A stretch of DNA of 64,000 nt, taken from the NCBI GenBank assembly GCA_051362555.1, contig CM120642.1, forward strand, positions 27,838,001-27,902,000, written 5' to 3'. Under the pieces are notes generated by a model. The model made no database searches. It was not told where the DNA came from and worked only from the letters and a program-made list of their open reading frames with translations. Positions 1 through 13,600 of the stretch are shown here, piece by piece. The position numbers were made by a program, and so were the translations under genes. Within the stretch, counting starts at the first letter, position 1. Each line of letters begins with the position of its first letter. Source of the stretch: Lingula anatina (taxonomy: Eukaryota; Animalia; Brachiopoda).

Positions 1-2890
1 CTCCCACTGCCACATGAACTATTTTCTTGCCCTTCAGGCCCTCCACCAGCTGGGGTTTTCTCACATGGGCATCTGTGCCATGACCAAGGCGAAAATAATC
101 CCCCTTACCCCTATGGAGAACAATGCAAATAACTTAGTACAATACTTCCCAAGTTTTAAAAATAAATCACAGAATCTGTCATTTTATTACTAATTTTATT
201 TAAAAAATGATTTCCTTCCTCCAACACAAGAGTGCAAGATGAGCTGATATTAACCAGAAAATAACTTAATAAATATGAAATACAGTTGAAATATCAAATC
301 CATTAACTGCACCAAATGTGACATTAAAAATAATCTACAAAAGCAAACTAAGTTAAATCTATGTTCTATTTCCTTTACCCTGAATTTCAGAGACAGGTAA
401 TCTTTAACATCAGCATGCCTGATAATGGTTTGTTTCCAATAATCTCTGAAATTCAGGGCAGTTTCCTCTTACCATGTCCAGACCTCTCCTTCTTTGGTCA
501 AAGCCAGCGAGAACTGTGCCCCACACTCTATCTGTATCACCCCCAGTCCTGTCAGTCTCTCAATGATGCGAGGCACACTGCATCCTTCACTACCTCCGCG
601 GCCAAGTTTCCCGAAATCTCCATCACCCCAAGAGTACACATGACCTTCATCTGTCAGTGCCAGGGTCTGGGCGTCTCTGCTTCCACAGGCGACCTGGACC
701 ACCCGCTTCCCAGCCAGACCCTTCACCTAGTAATACAGCAACCCAATTTCAAGTTATTAATCTAAGCACCTAAGACAGGTGGTTGTGTAATTGCAGAGCT
801 TTGCTCAAGGCATCTATTACATTGTTAACTTTTCTTTTCGACTTAAGCTGATGTAAAGAAACCTTGGCCCACCACATAGGGCTTCCATACTAAAATAATA
901 GCCATATTACAGAAATACTACTTTCGAGGATTCAAAAAAGGAAAAATAAAAAAGAATTTCATCAATTTAAAAACATTCAATATTAATTTACCCTTTCACT
1001 ACTACATAACAGTGTAATTTCATCACTACAGGGCAAAGGCATACTATCAGGGTAGCACCAACCTGTTTAGGTCTTAGCTGTGTTAAGTTGTCCCCGTGTC
1101 CCAGGCGTCCATACTCCCCAAGGCCCCACGTGTACAGATCTCCATTAGATGAAATGGCTGCGCTGTGAGAGCTCCCACACGCAATGTCACGCACACGCTT
1201 TGATCTTAAGGCTTCAATCAGCTTAGGTTTATCAGAATTGCTGAAATACAATCAATATATACAGGTATGGGCTATCTTACAAGTAAATATATTTCTCAAT
1301 AAGGTATGTGCATGTCTCCTGACTCATGCAGTTATGCAGACAGACACAGGTCTGTGTATCGAGTACTTGTATACGTATATGAATGCATCTGTGCAAGCAT
1401 GTGCATATTAAATCTTATATAAAACCCCTTTTATATCTTTTAAATACACATTATATACATTTTTACAATATCTTGAGAAATATTTAGGAAATCATTTATT
1501 TTCTTTTTAAATCTTCAATCCTAACAGTGGGCATTTTAAACAGAATACTTACAACCTACTGAAGTGTCCCAGCTTTCCATCATCACCTTCTCCCCATGAA
1601 AACACCTTACCATCCACAGTTAAGGCAAGAGCATGCCGACCACCTGATATTAATATTAAACAATCCCTTAAAGTATGGTACACATAACATTTCTTAAAGA
1701 ATCAAAATATTTTAGGTATCTTAGTATTTTCAATAAATGTATGTTTTACCTCAAAACACACCTGTACAGGAAGATTTTCATCATTAAATTAGTGATTTCT
1801 TTATCTTTCTTATTATTTGTTAAATAAAATGAAATAAAAACATTCTAATTTCCTTAAATCAACAGCTTTCCCATGATTTTTCTTTGACAGTTCTCAGAAA
1901 GAAATTTTCGATATTGCTTAGCTTTAACTAGAATAAGCTCAGAGAGCAATTTATCCACTCGTCTTTACCTGAATGTACTGCAACCTTTTTGATCACATAC
2001 TGGCTCAGTGAGACCAGCTGTCTTGGAGTGGAGACATTCCCACTGGTAATACCCAGACCCAGTCTGCCATGTGTGGCTTCCCCACAGGCATACACCTTAC
2101 CATCCTGAGTTACTGGAATATTATAATACAAGCCACATCAAATACTTTTGCTAAAAAAAACTCTATCAAAATATTATTATCATCTGCACCTTGGTGTCTG
2201 GTTATGAGTACAAATTGAGGGGAAAATTGGATTTTTTTTACATTTAATTTGTTATCTAAAAATCATGTTTGGCTATTGATAATTAAATCGTAGAATACAT
2301 ATCACATTGTTTTTCCGTGCAAATTTACAAAGTTTTAGTACAATTTTCCTCATGATCTTAAAATGTTCCATATATTTACTGAACATAATCATAAACAGTC
2401 ACAGCTAGCACAGGACTTACCACAGAAGAGACTCTTGGATCCCCCTGCTATCTGGATACACTTCAGGGAAGAGTTAAACTCATTTAAAGCTGGCATTTTG
2501 ATCTGGAAAAAAACATAATGAAACAGATTAAAAACTACAATACATACAAATTTATAACTGTATCTAAAACTGGAACAAAATATTATATGATTTTAATATA
2601 GATAATATCTAATACTTAACCTTTTAAACTATTCATCTTAAGTGATTCTTTTGTTATAGGCAAAGGCTTTTAGATATGATATGTTGGGTATAGAAGAATT
2701 ACAGTAATTGTTGTTATTGTTATTATTATCTGAACTTGCTGAATCTTCTGAACTTGCTGTATCTTCTTCATTATAAAAATTCAGTAAAATAAATAAATAG
2801 TACAGAACACAAAACAATTTCCCACTCACTTTAGATCCTTTAGGCCCTCCAAGCTGGTCCTTATCATTCAGCCCCCACACAAATACATGA
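1..2890 (-). other. HERC2: HERC2 RCC1-like domain 2 (RLD2) exons
   Basis: Repeated G(K/R)LGxG motifs: [55 protein letters not shown]. Confidence 0.93.
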
Positions 2891-4597
2891 GTCTGGATCT
2901 CCTTGTTACTGGACAGCTTCACCTTCTTGGTCTGCTGCTGGCTTGTCGTCTGCTCCTCCTCCTCTTCATCCGATTCCAGGAAAGGGAAGTTTCCAGCCAT
3001 GTCATCCTCTTCGGCTCTCATCCTCCCTGAGATGGAGAGACCGTGAATCTTACAGTCGATGCCACTGCTGCGGCACTGCTTAATGGAGAGTTCGATGAAT
3101 CTGAAATACTGCAATAAAATAGAGAGTTAATTTAGTAAAAGAATCTGTTGGAGTAAAGAATTTACAACTTCCAAGGGATTTCGATATAATGTAATAAAAT
3201 TAAAAATACCCTTTACAGAAATTTTACAATGAAGAGTGATATTCACATTCCTACCAAAACCATTTCATAAATCATTGGGGAATATATTTTTTTTTGGTAT
3301 AATTGTTGAATTTGCTGAACATATCTCCTAATTATCTAACTTAAATCAATGACATCAAAGGGAAAAAGAAAATACCATTTTTGCAGCTCAGATGCTAAAG
3401 CTGCACAGTCAAAATCCAACAGCACTTAAATATGCTGGAGTTACTTTTTAAAACACTGTCCAGTCTATGGTCATTCTTAATTGACCACCAGCCCTGACCT
3501 ACCTCTGCCATGTCCTGCAGCAGGACAACAGTAGTGTCCAGTTGTCCCACATGTATTGTCCTTATCTCTTTCATGGAGTGGACAGTGTCCCCAGCACTGA
3601 CTACCACCAGACTGGGCATGTAGCTGGAGTCTGAGGGCTCAACTCGCATGGTCAGCTTGGTGATAATCAGGTCTGGCTGCATCTCTAGCTTGATCCAGTG
3701 CTGAAAATGTCAAAAACAAATAAAATTGCAGCTCTGTTAAGAAAATACCTATAAGTGAATGCTATAAGGAGGATTCAAAATCCTTTTTTAACCAGTGTTT
3801 GGTTTTTGATTTTTTTAAATAATTCAGTATTTTTTTCCCCAAATTTTCCAAATTTTTGTATTTAATCTCTCTCATTGGGCTTAAAAGCATCAGCTTAATA
3901 AATTTGTTTAATTCTTAGCAGTGGCCTCCTTTTCCTTCCTATACCTTGCCCTGTGAGCCCGAACTTTGCCAGCAGCCTCCAGAGCCATCTATCAGTCTGT
4001 GTGCCTGGTTCTCTCTTGATGATACTGTCAGGTACTTGACACACCTGTGCCAGTCATCGATGTATGAGTCGGATGTGCCGCCCCCACTGATGTTAGAGTC
4101 GTTAAACCTACTGCGATAACGGCTGGGTTTGCCAGCATAGATTGCAGGGCCACCTATGGACATATATCAAAATATAAACTTATAGTGTTAAAAACAATCT
4201 TTTTATAGGTTTTGTTTTTTATCAATACAGACTTCTCTTTTGTAGGGACTTCAAACTCCTTTTACAAGTTTCAACAGAAACACTGCACTTAAATGACATA
4301 TTGAATATTCTACTCCGATTTGCTGACATATATAACTCAAAAGACTTACCCATATTTACCCAAGTAAAGGACATGGTATTTTTTCTTTCTTGCCTAGTCT
4401 GGATGTTTATACTCAAATTACAATTACAACCTATTATTTTTTGTTTCATACCTGGGTCTGCAATCCTGTTGAAGGCATGCCTGTGACTGCGTTTACTTCT
4501 GAAACAATTCTCACAGAAATCGAAGTCATAGCATGTTTTACACTTGTACCTAGGCCCCATGATGGGAAACTGACCACATCCATCACATCTGCAATGA

Positions 4598-4642
<45 letters not shown>

Positions 4643-7600
4643 AAATGTTATATCATATTATTTCAATCCATATTTTTATTTTGCCACAACTAAACATTTG
4701 ATTTATAAACAGGGAGTAGCAGTAATAATTTTTCTACATGTGTTACTTTCAAAATTAAATATTTTCTTTAACCTTGAAGATAAAACCCATTGAACAGTTT
4801 ACTTTAAAAGTGGCACTTTCAAGCCAGATCCAGGGTTCAACGAGTATATATGCTCTTGGTAAAATAAATAATACAGGACTCACGTGACACCAGGATGTGC
4901 ACTTGGCACCAGTTCCATCTCCGCCATAAGTCCTGTCCAGTGACTTTGCTGTGGAAAATCCACCGTGACATCTTTACCACTGGCACTAATAGCTGAAGAA
5001 GTTTTTTATATAAAATTATGTCATTGTATAAATATATATATCTAAATCAAACCAAAATTTAATATCAAAACACCACCATAGTCATAGTGGGAGTCAAAAA
5101 TGGATTCAAGAAAATTTGATGTATCTGTCATATCAAACTACTATGGAAGATTCTCTGTGACAACTTCTATAATACTGAACCTTTCCAGAAACTTAAGTCA
5201 ATATATCTATAATATCAAGCTACTATGGCAGATTTTTAGTCACCCTACCTGTGACAACTCCTATACATCCAAGAAATTTCGTCAATATTATATCTGTAAT
5301 ACCCAAATGCTATGACTGAGTCCCCATAACCCCTACCTGTGACAACTCCTATACTGTTATGTGTGACAGAACCCCATCTATACTTTGGAGTTGTCACGCT
5401 TCTCTTGACCCGAACTCTGTCCCCAACCTTGATGTTCTGTTGTTGTGTGGCTGTGGGCAGTGCTACTGCTGTTGATGACCCTGTTGTCACTGCTGGTACT
5501 GAAAAAAACAACACCCAATTTATGGAATAAATATCAGGAATAATCAGAACATGCTCATTTTGGGACTTGAACAACGTTGTAGGCCAAGAGTGAGCGAAGT
5601 CAGAGAGTTTGAAGTGATATGGCAAGATTGCTTTCCAGTCATTTCCAGAAATATGTTTCTGTTCTAACAAAACAGAGGCTGGATACAACAGTATTAGTTT
5701 ATATTGTCTATACAAATGGTTAGATTCAGCGTTGCTAATTGAGATGTAGTGTAATAGCATTAAAACTGCTGAGCAAAATGTTAGAGTCTCTTGGCCCACA
5801 CAAAAAAGAACTTATCAACCAGTTAATCTCAGAGAACATTATATTTTATGTAGCTAAATCACATAATTGTTTTGCACAATCCAAAATCATTCCTACAAAT
5901 TTCCATATATCAAAGTTTGCCATAAGCTGAGATGAAATAAACCAAATATAATATACCAATTTGTTTAACAAATTGTCTTTTCAAAAGTAAATACAATTTA
6001 TCGATCTTCACTGAACAGCAAATATCAGTACTAAAAATAAATTCCTGCCAAAAAAAGTGGTCCCCAAAGATGACTTACTCTGTTGTCCAGGAGGTATGAA
6101 TCCCAGCAGTTCTACATGGATGTACCTGACCCAGTAAAGACCTCCCTTCCTGGGCCATTCTGCCTGGATGTTCAGGTCATGAAGACCATCGCTGTCAAGC
6201 TGGAAAGGTAATAAATTCGATTATGTTAATTTATCCATCTGTATCAGCGTCTGAACAATTTTCTCAATGACCATGTACACCCCCCCCCCAAAAAAAAAAT
6301 TATAAATAAAGGAACAGTGTAAACAGACTGATGAAATATCAGCATGCTCTTTTTCTTTTAACTCTTATGTAAACAAACAGTAGCACTACAACAGTAGAAT
6401 AAACAGCCAACAACTTGAATGTTCTCATGTAACATTATAAGCTGAATAAATTATCATTATTATAATTATTATATCCATATAAATAATTAAAGATACATTA
6501 TGGCAATAGCAGGTCTAGCTCCATGCCTAATTTCAAATAAGCTTATTAATGTAAACCTTAAATCAAATAAGGACAATTCATACTTGTCATCTAGGACTAA
6601 AGTATTCAACATGCTTCAAGTAATTTCCTTTACTACCTACAGACAAAGTTCTGCTGAACTTCATACTTGCCTTCATAACTTTCCCAATATCGCCTTCATG
6701 CACTTCTTCGTATGTCCTGCAGCACCTGACCATCATGCCCACTTGGATGTGGTCACTGAGATAGATGGCGTACTCGTCATTGTTAGCGAACTCTGATCTG
6801 CGTTTGTACGGCGTGGCAGGCAATGGAGGTTCTATGGCAACTGCCTGAAAGTAATGAGTTATAAACAGGACATAAGGATTGCTATTTACACGTTCATTAC
6901 TTGTCTATGTCTAAATTTCTCTGATTTAAATATATGAGATATTAGGTTCCAAATATATTCCTACATATATTTGGAATCTCATGTCTTATCAAAAGTATCA
7001 AATAAATTGCTACATATTTTCACAATATAATATATTCTGTTTCTCCACATTCTTTGATTTAAAGAAGTTATTCATGGTGTTCACTGAAATGTCGAGAAAC
7101 AAAATTTCAAAATCCTAAAATTTGATAATCCTTTTAACAGCAAATTTTTGTTTTGATTTTGAATTACAGATATGTAGATAATAATTTGCTCACAAGTTCA
7201 AAGTTCAAGAAACTACGATGTTCAATAATGCCTTAGCTCCCCTGGCAATAGTTCTGTTACTAACACAGAAATCTAATCAATCAAACTATCCGTCTTATCT
7301 ATCCCTACCTCAGCATATCCACCATCCAGGTCCTCCAGCTCATCAGACATAGACTCAGAATCAGAACACAGATCTACAGAGGAGTCGGAGTCACTGGAGG
7401 AGGAGGGGGGCTGGACATCATGGTGTTCTAGTAACCAGCCCACCAAGGTCTCTGCACTGGGGGTGTCTGCTCCTGGGGCACAGGCCCCTTCTGGATATCG
7501 TAGAGAAATAACATGTTTTTCAGTTATATGACACACTTTAGATATTAGTTCTTAACTACTTTACTAGAGCATTGAAAATCAATTTAAACTCATTGAAGAA

Positions 7601-10600
7601 TTCAACATCATAGGAAAGAGCAATTGTACATTTTTTTCTCTATTTCTTAATATCATTAGATGCCAAGATACAAACCTAGAGCTTTCAATGCCATCTCCAC
7701 CCTTTTCCTAACGAACCCCATCTCCATCAACTGAGCCACAACGGGCACAGGTGGAGGACTAGGTGGCTTTATACGCTTAGGTTTCTGCAACCTAGCAACA
7801 ATCTGAGATTCCTGGGGCTTTTGAGTAAACTTTGGCGCCTGTGGAGCAGGCTCGTTGTTTGCTTTGGTGTTGCTGTCAAGAACCGAGGCAGGTGCAGCAG
7901 CACCAAGATCGCTGAGGTGTGAACTGGCCATAAGGGAGTCTTGGCTCTGACTGCTGTATGGATTGTTGGCCTGAGCTGTCAGGTGTTGACAAACTGCCAA
8001 GGCTGCAGCCTGGAATAGAAAACCAATGAACTTATGACAACCACGCTATAATATTATCATTGTTATATTACACCAGAATACATTTTCATTTCCAGAAAAA
8101 TCTAAATGAAGAATAAAACAATGCAAGATTATAGAGTTTAGATGGATGAACAAAACCAACTTCTAATTCCTGTCTTGAAAAGACAGCCTTGACTTGTGAG
8201 GGTTGGGTGGCTGCCAACATTAGCTGCTGCATCAGAAACTTGGGACCAGACTCAATCTCTGGACTAGTGTCCTCTTGGCCACCGGTATCAGTGCTGCCAT
8301 CTACATCTGAAGTGGCTTGAACAGATACACTGTCTACAGGAATGGGTTGGAGAAGGATCTTGCGTAGGTTTTCTTGCTTGCTGAAAAGAGCTATTGCAGC
8401 TTTCAGAAGTCCAAGTTTCAGCTGTTGAATTTGAAGGAGTTTCAGCTGCACCATGTCTGTAAAAGATAGGTAAAGTTAAAACTATTGAAACTAAAAGTAA
8501 TGAAACTAGCAAAATAATCAAAAAAGACATACAAAGTTACATTTAAAAATTTCTTCAAAAACTTCTTTAAATCATAAGATCTTATGTTTTATTAAATTTT
8601 CATGACTCCATAATAACATGTTTGCTGTTTACCTATAAATTCCTCCAATCATATTAAAAAAATCTATAAGTTTCTCATCCAGCAAATTGTTTTCAAATAA
8701 AATTATATTCAACATTTAAAATTAAAGTAAAGGGATGGTGAGCAGATCTGTGCGGAAAATGTTGAAAGTGAAGTAGCTTTAGGTGATGGAGGTCAACCAA
8801 AACTGACCAGAAGCAGTTGTCCCCTCTGCTGGCCCAGTTGATGCCTGCAAACTGGTCATGTGGTCCTTTTCCCTAGTGGTGGACATTATGGTGACCAGTT
8901 TGGTCCAAATCTGTAACAGACTGTCTGTGAGGGGCAACTGGTCAACCAGAAAACGACTGGACTTTATCTGAAATAAAAAGTTGTTCAAATGTATCAGATG
9001 TCTTGAGCAAATAGATAAGGCAAGTTACTTGTAAACATTCACTTTATAAGTTGTTTACTTGAAAATTACCTTAAATGTTAATACTTTAATCTGTATGTTT
9101 ATTCTTTTTTCTTTGTTTTTTAAGAGTTTAGGAAGATATTCATTAGGAACAACAGATAAGAAAATTACAGTTACTGCATTGCAACATTTTCTTTCTCTAT
9201 GCCAAATGTCATACACACCACAAAAGATTCTTTTTATCTATTCTTTTCCAACAGCATTATAATGGATCAGAATTGAAATTTCACAAAACATCCCAGAAAA
9301 TTTCACTCACTGGTTTAATCTCGGAAAGTTTAAACGTCCTGATCTCCTTGTTCTCATGAAACTGTAAAGTCACCTTCCCTCTGACATGTATTCTAGACAC
9401 AGTAGCTAAACCACATTCTTCATATGTGGCCAGTCCTCCAAGACGCACACGGTCATCCACCCCGCCTATCACTGCCAAAACGGCCAAGATGGACTTGTAC
9501 GCACTACTGGCTGTGGTGTCCTGTGAACAAAAATAGACAAGGATTTGAAGGGTTAACAATCATATTCCTTCCCTCAGTCCAAATATTTAAAATGCACTTA
9601 ATATCAAAATAGGTTACTTGTTAATCTTATGTTTTAATTAACTCTCTAATCATCATTCAGTCTTATTTTCAATTTTTGTCATCTTTTTGAAATACGTACA
9701 CCGAACTACACAAGTCAAGAAAATTCCAATGGTATTTCTAACCAAGAATCTAGTTATGCAAAAACTGCTTAACTTTACAATTGCATTTACAATGAAACGT
9801 GTACTAAGTACTTATAAATCTGAAAAAGAAAAACGAGCATATATTAAGGGAATGGTTCCAAGTTTCCCCTCACCTGTTTCCCAGTGAGCAGTTCAGCAAC
9901 AGCGCCTAACTGGTCGCATAAAAACTTATTGATATGAGGGTTCCAGGCATCATGGCCGTGCAGGCAGCGTAGAAGACTCACCACCTCCTCGGCTATTGTA
10001 CTGGAGTAGGAGGCAGTCAGGGAAACAGGGGCCTTGATCTTTTTACTGGCCTTGGAATAAGAATCTGTGAGAGGAATAATGAAAAGAGAAGAAAAACACA
10101 TGAAAAAAGATTAAAGTTTAGAAGAGAAAAAACGAATGCTTCCAGGGGAATATGTGGATGGACAATTTCAATGGAACTAAAAAATCTACAATCGTCCCAA
10201 AAAAGGAAGCACAGTATTTTCTGAGAAATGATGCAAAATTTTATCAATAAATCTGAATCAAACCAGGGCAGTTGACACAAACTCTAACCTGAGAATCAAA
10301 AGTAAGTCTTCAATATCTCCACTACTTCTGAGGTATGACTGTTCAAATGCCTGATATTTTAACTTGGAATTTCCTATTAAAATAACATTTTCTTAGTATA
10401 CCAAATATCTAATATTTTTCTTAAAATAATCTGGTGCTTACCCTGTGTAGTGAGTGTTGGATCTGAATCACAGGTCATCAAAACATGTCCCAAAAGACTG
10501 AACAGTCTGCTGATAACTTCTGTCATCTTAGACCTGTCCACTCCACTGTCCCAGGCTGGCAGCACTCTTCTCAGCAAACGTAGTGTTAAAATCTGGAATT

Positions 10601-13600
10601 TTAGCACATTATATGTGTATTGTTTGCATTTCCACACATGGTGTGCCACATGACAACACTTGAAAAAAGTGTTGCTGTTTATGCATATTAAGGCTTACAT
10701 CTTAGCAATATGACATAATACCAAAATCACAACAAAGGCACATAGTTAATCAGATAAACCACAATGATTGTTTTAATATTTTGTACTTTACCCAAAGTTA
10801 AACACCTAATTAAATACTTCTTCAAGAAGAGTTTATACCATTTCTTTAAATGTATTTCTAGACGTGTAATGTCTGTCAAGAAATTTGTAGTCAACAAATA
10901 TTATCTCAACTGGAAACCTAAACATCTTCCTAAAGAATAAAATCATGGAAGCTTGTCAGGCATCTATTAGTCATAATAGGACATGCCATACCTGTCTAGG
11001 CAAATTCCTTGGCTCAGAGGGGTCCTGGTCCTCAGTGAGTATTCTAATCAGGAGTTGGATCCAGGGGTGTGTGCTGAGGGCCTTACACAGACTGGGACTG
11101 TGAGCCAGACTGGAGATAAAGCCCAGGCTGCCCCAGCTGTAGTACTGCTCCCTGGCAATTAGTATCTGGGTGGAGTTGGTGTCTGGAATTTAGATAACAA
11201 GATATTAGAATTTATGTGACTTTAAATGAATCATATGTTGATCATTGAAATCTGGAGATATTTGAAAATTTTTTTTTTTTAAAATTTTTTTAAATTTCCA
11301 ACATTTCATAAACTTAAACAGATGTCAATCAAAATTTTAAGTAATAATATCAATAAATCATTTAAATTAGGGAAAAATGATGTGGGACTGATATCTTGTT
11401 GAAGACAGAGCCAGTTTTTAATCCATTTTCAAAACCTTTAAATGTAATATCTTAAACCTGGCATAGATCTTCAACTTCCATAACAGTGATTTTCCAAAAG
11501 ATATAAACTGATCTGACAGTAAATATAATATAACATCATCAATCCACAGCTTACTGAGCCCACTGTTACACCCGGCCTCCACAATATTTCTGACCAGTCC
11601 ACACAGTGTACAGATGGCCTCCTCCTGGACCTGTTCAGCATGGACGCTGGTCATAATGGCTACACTCTTCAGGAGCTGTGTGGTCACACAGCGCAGCAGG
11701 GCAGTGGGATGTTTACGCTCTCTTCTCTCATTATCTGCTACTGTATTATGTAATAAATGAAAACATAAAATTGCATAAATAAAGATATAAAATTTGGTAT
11801 TAATATAAAGGTATGTTTTAATCTATGCTGAAAGCCAACTAGCTTACTATATGAATGTTTCTTTTAATAATATTTCAATTAACAATTCTGTCATTGTTGG
11901 GAAAACACTTAGGAAGTTTAAATTACTAGCTGGACATGAACAGTTCCCAGTGAAAAACTAGGCAAGGTTACCAAAAATATAAACACCATTAACAGAAATC
12001 CTGAAAAAATTTTGTAAGAGGTCCTGAAGTAAACAAAACCTACCAACATCATCATCTTCTTCCTCATCCTCTTCAGTGGACATCTGTGGAGGCTCAGCCA
12101 GCTTCAGATCATACTTCCCTTCCTTCCCCATTCTGTAGGAATTAGTACTGCCAGTGTCCCACTGGACTCTGATCCAGCCATCTTCTCCAAGCTCTCCTAT
12201 CACACGACCAAGACTGGGAGGGGGCCCATCCTGGCAAGAGAAAAATACACCATAGATGTCACCAGAAGTTTTTTCAAGATGACCTGCTCCATGGTTACGA
12301 GTAGCTTAGAATGAATACATTCTGTCTGTTTCAAAGTAATCTTACATCTCATCCAACATTTCTGCACTTTGACAAATTAGATTTTTAGTATATACCAAAA
12401 TCAACCACATATACACTTGAAGTATTAAATAAAGTGTGTTAATAAATCTGTGTTTAGCCCCCCCCCCCCATAAAAAAATGTCAGCAGCATTCAAGGGAGC
12501 AACATTCAAGATAAGCTGGTTACCTGGTCTCCCCACTTCCAATCCACTCCTCGCATCACCCTGGTGCCCACTTTCATCATGGCTGCCAGCTCTGGTCCAG
12601 ACAGAGGCACTGGCTGGGTACGTTTCTGTTTCTGGGACTCCTCCAGCACAGCACAGAGAGAGTTACAGCTCTGCTGGGGTATGGTCTCCAGATCTGGGCC
12701 TGAGGGGAATACAGAATCGGTTGTGATTTTAAGAAGGTGTTCCAAGTTAAAGTTTGCATGGTTGAAAATTTCTGCATTGTTACTAGTTGATACTGTTATA
12801 AGGTCAAAATGGGACTCACATTTGCAAATAAAGAAAGAAAGAATTTTAATAATAATATTATGAATTTATACAACAAACATAAATACTTCAGTTGAAATCT
12901 CGTCATCACCTGCCAGTCTAAGTAAGCTCTGTGTCAGAGCCAGGAGACCAGAGTTGATAAGCATGCTGATGCCATTAGCCTGATGCTCTGTGAGAAGTAA
13001 GCTGAGAGTTGCCAACAGAAACCTGGCCACTGGCAGCACACCAAGACTAATATCCTCCTGGGAAGCAAAATATCATGATTTGTTATTATTTATTTATTTT
13101 TGAATATCAAGGAAATGAACCCACAGTACTGAAGGGATGCCACACATGCTTACACCCAAATAGCAAAACCCAAGCTTTCAAGCACATCCTTCTCAAAGTT
13201 TTCATCTACTGGCTTTTTTAAAAATTTTTTTCTTACTATAAACAACATTTACAAGTGGAAAGTAGTTTGTTCATGCAGTTTATAACACCAATTTTCAAGC
13301 GACTTTTACTGAGATTTTTATATTTTGCTACAAAGAGTGATGCGCACATTGAATTAAAAGTTTATGTGATAATTATACACAAAAAAATTTTAAAAATTGA
13401 CAAAACCTAACAAGATCAAATACAGACAAGATACAGATGCGAAGTGAAAAAGAAAACACATCTAGGAAACAACAAATAGCCGCAACGTACCACACAAACC
13501 TTGCTATTATCCTGGGTATGAGAGGCGGGCAGGCTATGGGCCTTGAAGAACATATCAGCCTCTATGATACAACTCCTCAAGGTCTTCACCACCCACTTGT

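Noticed and set aside
361-765. Plus-strand ORFs overlapping HERC2 exons (also 12564-12863, 16878-17228, 22878-23411, 24366-24842)
   Set aside because: Antisense shadows of GC-richer exons, with no recognisable motifs or splice structure.
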